This document shows positions 1-8,892 of a stretch of DNA of 16,888 nucleotides, piece by piece (within the stretch, counting starts at the first letter, position 1; every line of letters starts with the position of its first letter). The stretch is from Selaginella moellendorffii. Taxonomy: Eukaryota > Plantae > Lycopodiophyta. The position numbers and the translations under genes were made by a program. The stretch covers positions 2,284,330 through 2,301,217 of the forward strand of contig NW_003314281.1 in NCBI RefSeq assembly GCF_000143415.4, written 5' to 3'. Below the pieces are notes generated by a model that was given only the letters and a program-made list of their open reading frames with translations, was not told the DNA's origin and made no database searches.

Positions 1-1900
1 CTGGGGCACAATGCGTTACACGTCTACGGAGAATGCTACGAGTATTTTTATCCCTATCAGGCCTTTGAAAGAGGAGGAAGTGGAACATATAACGAAAATC
101 TTCTTTTCAAGACTAGGAGATACTCTCGACATGGAGAAACCATTTGAGTTGAAGGACGGACTAAGGAAGCTGATAAAGTTAGCAGGAGGTAATCCTAGGA
201 TGCTTGATCACCTGTTGAGAGGGTTGATGCCCGAGCACCCTCATCTCGAAGCTTTGAAGTTCTACGAGAAGGTTTGTTCGGCTCTTTTTTGTCTTTTTTC
301 TTGATGTGATGAGAAGTTTTTTTATGTTTGTTACAGGTGGATCAAGATCTCACCCAAGCCGATCTGTGCAAAACAATAACGAATGCGTGGAAACGTATTA
401 AGGGCAGTTATTATCTTCACTACCTTCATGACAGCAACTATTTGTTAGTGCTACGAGCTCTTTATGTTGCGCTGCTGGGGACCCTTATCAATCGGGACGA
501 CCTAGTATGGCCAGGCATTTACAGTGATAAGTGGGGATTTTTAGAGTCTTGCGGTTTAGTTGGACTCTTACGCAACGAGGTACTTTTCTGGTATTTCAGA
601 AGTTTATGTGAGTGCTTATGTGGGGTTAATTTACAGGAGGAGCCGCCTCCCCATAAGCAGGTAAAATTATCGAAACAGGAAGACACAAAGAATGGAATGC
701 GCGCTTTTTCCATCATGTTCTCTCCACTCCTTATATACCATCTTGTCGAGAACCTACATGTGGCGGAGCTGCGACATTTATGGCCTCCTATACTGGATTC
801 TAATCCCAAGGTTAAGGAGGTATCAGACCTCATGTGCATTGTCTTCATGATATACATGGGTAAGCTTTTTCATGATCGCGAGAAGGACACGGTGTTCGAG
901 TTCACACTCAAAGACATTCTCCCCTCAAATTTCCGCGTTCCTGCACGTATGCAAGCTTTGAAGTTCCGGTTGCCAGCTGGTGCAAGGTTTGGACCTCCGA
1001 AACGTCAGCCTCATCAGATTCATGAAGCAGAGGCATTTCAAGCCTTTTTAAATGACAACAAGAAGCAATTCTATTGGGTTGGTATTGGCAACCATGGACC
1101 TGATAGCTTCATCCATCTAAAGCTAGTGGTTGTGGAGGATACGTTGGATGATTTTTTTATATTTCTTGAGAGTAAGCACAGGGAATGTTATGAAGGCCAA
1201 CAAGCAAGATGGGAACAAGATTTTCTGAAGAAAACATGGAGGATAGAGCAATGGATAGAAGGTATTTAATTTTATTTGTGGGTGGTTAAATGTGTGTCTT
1301 TTCAGATGGGGAGTACGCTGTCATTTTTATGACAGACCAAGCATTGCATAACGTGATTCGGAAAGTAAAAAAGCAGGATAAGATGGTTGTTCCGAAGGTG
1401 GATACATGCTATTACGGGTATCCGCAGCAGAGTCCATTTGGTACGTTTTTTTATGCNNNNNNNNNNNNNNNNNNNNNNNNNNNNNNNNNNNNNNNNNNNN
1501 NNNNNNNNNNNNNNNNNNNNNNNNNNNNNNNNNNNNNNNNNNNNNNNNNNNNNNNNATTGGTTTTTATGTTTTTATGTTGTATGTGTAGGTTTATTTAGT
1601 GCCGTGAGGCACACATCAATGCTAGCAGCTGCAAGTTGGAGTTGGAGAGGAAAACAAACGAGAGAACCTTTTGATCCAACCTACGAACCTAGTGGTAATC
1701 CACGGGGTGCTGAGCGAAGAGCACCACCAAGAACACGCTCTAAAACCCGAGGACAGGTTGGACGAACACGCTCTAAAACCCAAGGACAGGTTGGAAGAAC
1801 ACGCTCTAAAACCCGAGGACAGGTTGGAAGAACACGCTCTAAAACCCAAGGACAGGTTGGAAGAACACGCTCTAAAGGTGCCACGAAGCGAAAAAGGTAA
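1..1900 (+). CDS. Crinkler/CR-like protein (AAA+/STAND-like NTPase C-terminal part + PD-(D/E)xK restriction-endonuclease-fold domain + basic tail); 5'-partial; exons <1-271, 337-579, 637-1261, 1306-1440, 1590-1900
   Basis: ORFs 11-304, 328-1269, 1290-1589 and 1406-1900 join in frame through GT-AG introns 272-336 (phase 0), 580-636 (phase 0), 1262-1305 (phase 1) and 1441-1589 (phase 1, contains N gap). Motifs: IPIRPL..EV..I and AGGNPRML (post-NTPase GGxPR motif); GNHGPDSF...FIFLESKH (PD...ExK); later AVIFMTD and YYG...FG, resembling CR-REase C-termini. No internal stops after splicing; frame is open to the window start. Confidence 0.75.
1457..1556. other. Assembly gap (100 N) inside intron 4 of the CR-like gene
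   Basis: Run of N flanked by T-rich intron sequence, donor GTACGT at 1441 and acceptor TGTAG ending at 1589. Confidence 0.95.
1729..1876 (+). repeat. 33-bp coding minisatellite, ~4.5 copies, encoding RTRSKT(R/Q)GQVG
   Basis: Unit AAGAACACGCTCTAAAACCC(G/A)AGGACAGGTTGG starting at 1729, 1762, 1795, 1828 and partially at 1861; CGA/CAA alternate between units. Confidence 0.95.
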
Positions 1901-2057
1901 CCAGGAGGTTTGACAAGCACCATCAATGGTTTGCACAAAGTATTAATGTGTGCAATTGTCCTGTATAGAAAGAGATATGTATCTTAACCTAATGGGCGTG
2001 AATATCTTTTACCAATACTCACTATATCATTTTTAAGTGTTGTGCTGAATGTGTGGT

Positions 2058-2103
2058 GAGTGCTCATACACCACAAAAAAGTTTTTGTGGTGCATGAGCA
2101 TTC
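2058..2103. repeat. 46-bp near-perfect palindrome (22-bp arms)
   Basis: GAGTGCTCATACACCACAAAAA-AG-TTTTTGTGGTGCATGAGCATTC; 20/22 arm match. Confidence 0.85.
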
Positions 2104-3868
2104 GAGCCCATGCTCTTTTGGAATATTGTAGTTGATACTATATTCATATGCATTGTGATGAGAGATGGGTCTGAAATTAGACAACACATAGGGTATGATA
2201 GTGAGAGTGTAAATCCCAACTCCCTCATGCCCACATCAACAGTATAATCAAAGCATTTTGCCACTTTATGAAAGAGAATTTTCTGTTAGCTACACACATC
2301 AGAATTTTTGTAGCCATTGCCAATGCTTAGTGGTAGCAGGGCCTTATTTTTAATAGCTCCTAGAACAACATGTATAACTTACAGCAGAGAGTAGTCTACA
2401 GGTTTCTAGAAATCAGTCTACTCCAATTTCAATATTGGATCATCTGTGCTACCTAGGAAGGGGTAACGGTCGAACTTGCCCTGATTCCACCACGTAGCTA
2501 GCTACGAAGTGAGCTCCTCCAATAATGTAGAAGCACAAAGTCAATGAGAGTACTAAAGTTCTAGACAAAGATCTAAGGACCCAATGAGCTTTTTAATCTG
2601 ATGCACATGCAAATCCTAGCCACAAATCTCCTCACACTAAGATGTTAAGAAATCTTGTTCATTGGAAACTTTTCCCAACCAAGAAAAGGTGGCACCTTAT
2701 CTTAACCTGCAAAATACATTTGGGTTTGTAGCTGTCTTCAATCCAACAATGTCTCTACCAACATTGAGGCCAGGAGGTGATATGCTATGCCAATTCCATT
2801 GCATTGCACTACAACCAAGTGAAAATTTAGCTAGCTGTGAGAGAAACAAACAATGATTACTTCACAAAATTAATCAAAGGGTCTACTACTTTGTGGGAAT
2901 CTCTAAACCTATCCTAGATTCCTTTTGTTTCAACATCCTCTCAATGTTGGCTTCCCATACCCTTATCTTTGCCACCTGCTCAATAGGTGATTTCATCCTA
3001 CACTTGCTCCTTGGTTGTCTTCCCAAGCTCAAGCAATGCCTCTGCATCCTCTAAGATGTCGTCATCCTTGTCTTCTAGCTTGCTGATAGTGTCCTCTAAG
3101 TCATCACCCAGGTCCAGCTCCTCCCTAGTGAACTCCTCAAATTTCTACCTAGACTCCTCTTCTCCTATCGCTTCCTTCCATAAGATCCTATTCTTCTAGT
3201 GCAAAGTCTTCTTCTTGCAACTCTTTCTTCAAGGATCTAGTTGACACGATTGCCTCAATTAGCTTCCCTATTGTCCAAAGCTGCCACACCATAAGCTCCT
3301 ATAATATGGAACTCTCCTCCATGATTTAATTGTTCTTTAGAACCTTTATTAGTGTGTTCTCATATTGGGTGTTGAACTCCACAATTTGCTATTCAAATTC
3401 TAACTCTCGTTGTCCTTGTGCTTTTACTAAATGTTGCATAATATAGTAAGTGATTTCAACCTATTGTGATGTATTCTCTTTATCAGATTTGAGGTGGTTT
3501 TATCTGAGGGCAGTGTCTTAGAGTAAAATGGTACTCAATATCAGGCATGTGAGAGTTTTATACTCCAATGTCTATGCCAACATCTTCACCAGCAAAGAAA
3601 AAGTGATACTTTGAGTGAACTGTCTTCATATCACTAATAGAAGCCCAAGGAGTGTACTCTATAGATATGTTGTGGACAACTTCCTCAATTGTAGTTGCCA
3701 CTGTTTAGGTGGGTGGAGTTAAATTTCTCTTTATCCTATCATATAACTGTAAGAACAAAAAAAAATGACTCAAGAGATGATCCATGGGGTTCAAATATAA
3801 AGGGAAAGGGCCTATGAACAACAGTGCACCCCCTTTTCCAATCGGTTAAGGGTCTTGGGATATTTTGG

Positions 3869-3923
3869 GTTAATCGTCGTTAGGTTTGAATAGTACTGGG
3901 CTAGGTGACCTCCTAGGAAGTCC
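3869..3923 (+). promoter_or_regulatory. 5S rRNA-derived internal Pol III promoter segment (box A-IE-box C) in the 5' LTR; not a full rRNA gene
   Basis: GTTAATCGTCGTTAGGTTTGAATAGTACTGGGCTAGGTGACCTCCTAGGAAGTCC aligns ungapped (~43/55) to the recalled plant 5S 3' half GTTAAGCGTGCTTGGGCGAGAGTAGTACTAGGATGGGTGACCTCCTGGGAAGTCC. Confidence 0.85.
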
Positions 3924-4332
3924 AACCTCAGTAGCTTACATTTGGTATCAGAGCGATCTCGAGTCTGACTCTGTTAGTTGGTTAGGGGAATCACACTACT
4001 TGTTAATTGACATCTGGCAAGGGTCTAGTTTGCTTCAGCTGGGCTTGACCCGAGGGGTAAAGTGTCAAGAGAGTGGGGCTCGAGAGAGAGCTGCGGCTCT
4101 TAGCTTCCGTTCATGATGGCGTGAACTTATAGGGAAGCGTGGTGGATTATAAGCAACCAAAGGTAATGACTCAAGAAATAATCCATGAGGTTCAAATATA
4201 GAGGGAAAGGGCCCATAAACAAGAGTGCAACCCATCGGTTAAGGGTCTTGGGATATTTGGGGTTAAACATCCTTAGGTTTGAATAGTACTAGGTCCTTTT
4301 TCCAATTGGTTAAGGGTTTTGGGATATTTGGG

Positions 4333-4387
4333 GTTAAGCGTTCTTAAGTTTGAATAGTACTGGGTTGGATGACTTTCCGGGAAGTCT
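4333..4387 (+). promoter_or_regulatory. 5S rRNA-derived segment in the 3' LTR
   Basis: GTTAAGCGTTCTTAAGTTTGAATAGTACTGGGTTGGATGACTTTCCGGGAAGTCT; box A core GTTAAGCG is exact. Confidence 0.82.
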
Positions 4388-5767
4388 AAACTCGGAAGTT
4401 TATAATAACATCTTAACAGAAGGCCTTGTTCCCATATATCTTCCCTCCTCAAATGCCAACACTTTTGAAAATTGCTTTATAGTGCATATTAAATCTAATA
4501 GACATACTTTGTATAGACTCATCTTCCCTTTCCCTACTTCTAAGAAATGCCAACTCTAATGCTTACTTTCAGAGAGATTCATAGTTGGGGTGTATATGAG
4601 GTCCTCAAGTAATGAAAAAAGTAATATTATAAAACAATAAAATGAGAAGAAAAATAGCAACCAACCTAAAGAGAGTGATGTCCCTGCTAAAACATCCTAG
4701 CTTTTACCACCCTAACCATGACTCAAATTGAAGTATACAACTTGTGTTTGTATAGCTATCTTCACACCACCATATTTAGATTTCATTTGCCTTTGCCTTG
4801 TACACTTCTTTAGAGGATGCAAATTGCCATTGTTTGCATAACTCCTTAAACACTGATTGAAACTTTGGCTTGATAAGATAGTAGTGCTAGTTTAGGCTTT
4901 GAGCCTAATAGAACTCACAAGTCCTCTTATGACTTTTCAATGGTTAATCATTTCTGAAAATTGCTTGGACACCATTCTAATTTGCACTAGCCCTATCTAC
5001 CATAAAACAACGAAAGTTTATAAGCTTCCAATCTGCTTTAGCATAATATCAAGTTTTGTATTTTAAACTTTGTTATCGCAATTGTCAAGTTACAAAGTAG
5101 CCTATGAAAACACAAATATTACAACCATTTCAATATAATGAGAATAAAAATTACTTTAGATACATGTGAGCTTCCATGGTTGTCAAACCTAATACACGCT
5201 CCATATGGTCAAAATATACCCCTACATTGCAAAGTCAACCTAAATATGTCCATTTGGGAGAGAAATTCTACACTAAAGGTAAAGCCCATTATAGACATCT
5301 TGGGTGCTCCTACTCATTCACAACTTGGTATAGAAACAAACTTTTGTTGATGAATTCGTATGGATAAGTTCGTTTTAGTTCAAGGATGGAGTCAATTTTT
5401 TATTGCAACTTCCCTCTTGAGATTCACACATCCAAGTTTTTATCCTAAACAATATAATGTAAGAAAAATATGTTTTTGTAATGTACAAATGTACCTCCTT
5501 AAGTAGGTTGTACTCTTCGTAGTAAGTCCCATAAGCTCATTATTTAGTTGAGTCTTTTGGTATTCTAGATTGAGTAGGGTGTTTGCAATAAAACCCTTGA
5601 GGACAGTCTTCTAAACATGCTTTGGAGTTGCAAATAAGTTTCTCATAGTTTCTTTCTACACAACATCTTTGAACAATTGAAAGAACTTTTTTGTATCTCT
5701 TGTATTGAATGCATATCTGTGCTAACATATATTGCAACTCTTCCAGCCATTCCATCCCGTGGAAAAA

Positions 5768-6160
5768 TGTTAGGATCCTATCCCTTACACCCTAAACCAA
5801 CTGGCTAAATAGGTGATCACTTGATTGCAAGGCCCTTTCTTTATCCTATTATCCTGATCTAGTGCTTAACAATCCTCCCCTCATCAAGGAATGATTGTTT
5901 GTGATTATATTTAAGCCACCCTCCAGTCACCATGGTCCTTCTCTTAGGGTCTACTAAACCTTGGTTCTCCCTCTAGATCCACCATGTTAAATATTCCTTT
6001 AGAATATTCTTGCCCCACTCATCAGCCATGAAAATCAAACTAGGCTCCAATACCAATGTTAGAATTCTATCCCTTACACCCTAAGCCAACTGGCTAAAGG
6101 GGTGATCACTTGATTGCAGGGCCCATTCTTTATCCTATTATCCTGACCTTGTGCCTAACA
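5768..6160 (-). mobile_element. 393-bp TRIM with 104-bp LTRs
   Basis: Direct repeats 5768-5871 and 6057-6160 (TGTTAG...TAACA; 94/104 identical by manual count); minus-strand PBS TGGTATTGGAGCC (6043-6055, iMet-like); minus-strand PPT TGAGGGGAGGAT (5872-5883); TSD AAAAA/AAGAA (4/5). Confidence 0.92.
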
Positions 6161-7842
6161 AAGAAAATAGTACATCCTAGCTTTGCTGATAGCACAATAT
6201 AGAGGAGCATGTTTGCATAATCAACACATGAATCTAACAGTAATGGTATCACAGGCAAGACAATTGATTGTAGACCATTTGAAAAATATAGAATTTCTAC
6301 AGCAATCTTGATTGCATGCTTCATCCACACAATCTAAATGCCCACCATAATAAACTATAAACACTGTACCTTCAAAATGTTGGAAGTGTGTGGTCTTGAT
6401 CTTCCATCAATTGTGGACATTCTGCTTAGTTTCCATCCCCTTTCATTTGAAACTTATATTGTTGACAAGAAGTGGTAGCTCAAAAAAAATGTTGCTATTG
6501 TAGAGGATGGAAATTCGCTCACGAGCAAAAACAAGCACACATCAACTGAGACATGCGAAAACTGCAAAGTATTGTTAACAGCTTTGAATATTGTTGAAAA
6601 TAGAATTAGTGAATTTGACATTGATACTAGCATGACTTCTTCACTTAAACTAAAAGAAAAGGAGAGGATGACGATTGACTCTTGTTTTATATTCACGTTT
6701 GCTAGAGTGCATCTTGGCACTTTGATTGGAGATCTAAAAACTTGAATCTCTTTCGACTTAAAATTTTACAAATTCTATTGCTATTTGCCCTCGGCCACAC
6801 TAGAAAGAAGAAACTCTGAGCATGCAACTATACTGGTGTTGTTGTGAATCACAACCTCTAACAAAATAGAGCCAAGATGAAAATCAAAACATTGACATAA
6901 AAAACTTTCGAAAACAATATTTTGAGAGAATTAAAAAGGTGGGTGATCTCGAAAATGTAGAAGAAACCTCTCTATCCTTCATAATAGTTTTTGGAGTTCT
7001 CTCTCTCTTTATACTATTTGCAAAAATCTATAGTGAAACATAAATTGAAATTTAAGGAGAGCAATAAGAAAAATGTCAACGGCGTATAAAATGAATTTAA
7101 ATTGTGTAACAAATTTAACATATGCATGTGTGACAGTTTTAAGATTACTATCATCTATTATGATGTCTGATACATGTTTGCATATAGATCCAAAGAAGGA
7201 TTTTAAGCATGTGAAGTTTGATAATTAATAATGATATCAATAATGACATTTGGCTATAATGTGGCAATCCAAAATAGCATGTGTGATGTGTCAAGTTGTT
7301 AAATCTTGAGTGCTAGGTGATAATAAATCTTATCAAATCTTAGGTGCTAAGTAATGATAATTCTTTAATGACAGGTTTAATTCTTAGTATGACTTGAGTT
7401 TTATCCATAATTGTGAACACTACTCAATTACATTTAATGCATTTAGGATCTAATACAACACAAAATAAATTTCTGGATGAGAATTCATCCATTTATATAT
7501 TAGTATAGTACAATATATTTCAATGTGCCTTATTTAAACTCTTTAAAGTTCTTGTAATGAGTTCAAAATATGTATAAAATATTGATGAAAATGCATCCTT
7601 TCTAGTTAATTTGGAAAAAATAATATCATATCTCTAATAACTGAAACATTGATATGCTAGTTATATTGTCTTTAAAATATACAAAATAAAGAACCATAAT
7701 TCACATATAATAATAATGATAAGATAAAATAAGATCAAAGATATTGTGATGGCTGAGATTTAAGTTATTTGGAATGAACGGCTAGGATGAAAAATTGGTT
7801 AGGGTTAGCCCGAGGCCTGGGTTTTTTTAGGGCTCCCTCTCA

Positions 7843-8036
7843 GAGTGTGAGAGAGATTGAGAGATAACGTGCTAGAGTGTGAGAGATTGAGTGCACGAGT
7901 GCAAGAGATTAAGTGCATGAGTGAGAACACAAGTTGAGATTGAGAAACTGAGAGTGCAAGAAATTGAGTGTGCAAGCTAAAATCGAGAGTGTGAGAAATC
8001 GAGCATGCAAAAGGGCGAGATCAAAAGCAAGAGAGA
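7843..8036. repeat. Degenerate GA-rich tandem repeat (GAGTGTGAGAGATTGAGTGCA-like units)
   Basis: Recurring GAGATTGAG / GAGTG(T/C) motifs at ~10-22 bp spacing. Confidence 0.65.
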
Positions 8037-8177
8037 TCCAGAACACAAATGGGAAGCTTAGCAAAAATGCCAGCAAAGATGAGTTTCTTTTATTTGATTG
8101 GTTTCATGCTTTTTTTTCTTGCTCCTCCTATGGCAACCACCTTGCAATTTCATTAGCAACCACAAACATTTTCATGG

Positions 8178-8527
8178 CCACCTTAGGCATTTTTACTAGC
8201 AACCTCAAACACTATAGTGGCCTGGGGGGCCAAGATTGTTCAAATAATCTTGGCTCCCCAGGCCACTGAAGTGGCTGAGGTGGAGCTCAAACTAGCCACC
8301 TTGGGCACTTTAGTTGCCTAGGGGGCCTAGGTTATTCAAATAACCTTAGCCCCCTAGGCTACCAAAGTGCTTGAGGTGGAGCTTAAATTGGCCACTTTAG
8401 GCACTTTGGCTACTCAGGGGGACCAAGGTTATTTAAATAACCTTGGCCCCCTAGGCCACTAAAGTGCCTAAGGTGGAGTTTATGTTGGCCACTTTGGGTA
8501 GTTTGGCTGTGAAAGTGCCCAAGGTGG
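8178..8527. repeat. Tandem array (period ~96-97 bp) of long palindromes
   Basis: Units 8178-8283 (with ~22-bp insertion), 8296-8379, 8392-8476 and internally deleted 8489-8527. Consensus CCACCTTGGGCACTTTAGTGGCCTAGGGGGCCAAGGTTATT-NA-AATAACCTTGGCCCCCTAGGCCACTAAAGTGCCTAAGGTGG, separated by 12-bp spacers. Confidence 0.9.
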
Positions 8528-8765
8528 AATTTGGGCTTGCTTTGATCTTTTTTTTTTTATTTTTAACTATTTGAATTTCTTATTATCTTTGTTTAGTTTG
8601 ACCAACAAAATTTTTTCTTATGCAAAAAAGGAGAATAGTACCACCTAAAAATGTTGTTGGAGTCAAGAGAATATAAGAAGTTGAATTTGGCACTAATGAA
8701 GATATTACAATTGACATATCCATTAGCACATCAACAAAAACATAGTTGCTTAGAGATCCACTACA

Positions 8766-8892
8766 TCCACCACCATTGCCACCGCTATCGCCGCCATTGC
8801 CACTACCATTGCCACCATTGCTACTACCACAACTACCATTGCCTCTACCCCTACTCTCACCACCACCACCACCACCACCACCACCTCCACCT
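8766..8892 (+). repeat. Imperfect (CCA)n trinucleotide repeat encoding decayed poly-proline
   Basis: CCA/CCG/CTA/TTG codon run; Leu codons are consistent with C>T decay of Pro codons. Confidence 0.85.

Larger units (their letters stand above)
3748..4404 (+). mobile_element. Cassandra-like TRIM (non-autonomous LTR retrotransposon with 5S rRNA-derived segment in its LTRs)
   Basis: 5' LTR 3748-3940 (TGTAAG...CTTACA); PBS TGGTATCAGAGC 3943-3954 (tRNA-iMet); ~207-bp non-coding interior; purine-rich tract ~4131-4147; 3' LTR 4148-4404 (TATAAG...TTTATA, decayed TG...CA); perfect 5-bp TSD ATAAC at 3743-3747 and 4405-4409. Confidence 0.92.
2380..6823 (-). pseudogene. Decayed Mutator-like (MULE) DDE transposase with N-terminal GCM/WRKY-like zinc finger and long C-terminal extension; ends approximate
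   Basis: Minus-strand translation: YGGHLDCVDEAC...CLACD...C*LCKHAPLYCAISKARMYYFL/PRDGMAGRVAIYVSTDMH (zinc finger, ~6350-5710); VYFDHMERVLGLTTMEAHMY (first D 5210-5208); NFRCFMVDRASAN*NGV (second D 4997-4995); RTCEFY*AQSL (CxxH decayed to CxxY, 4919-4908); PTMNLSESKH*SW (catalytic E 4570-4568); SHMPD. Short introns 5445-5494, 5102-5154, 4604-4665. Removing each TRIM plus one TSD copy restores the frame at both insertion sites. Confidence 0.85.

Noticed and set aside
1729-1876. 33-bp repeats as a CRISPR array; overlapping ORFs 1622-1936, 1671-1913 and 1681-1938 as genes
   Set aside because: No spacers between units; the alternative ORFs are by-products of a stop-free 3n repeat, and splice phase selects the 1590-1900 frame
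2987-3199. Ser-rich plus-strand ORF and other short ORFs (e.g. 5138-5367, 6130-6330, 11833-12120, 12572-12790)
   Set aside because: Antisense or off-frame shadows of the decayed pseudogenes
3869-3923. Functional 5S rRNA gene
   Set aside because: Only the ~55-nt 3' half is present, embedded in LTRs, with no 5' half or oligo-T terminator
4680-4980. CACTA TnpA (Transposase_24)-like reading of the minus strand
   Set aside because: Another frame gives a much better, ordered set of MULE D/D/CxxH/E motifs
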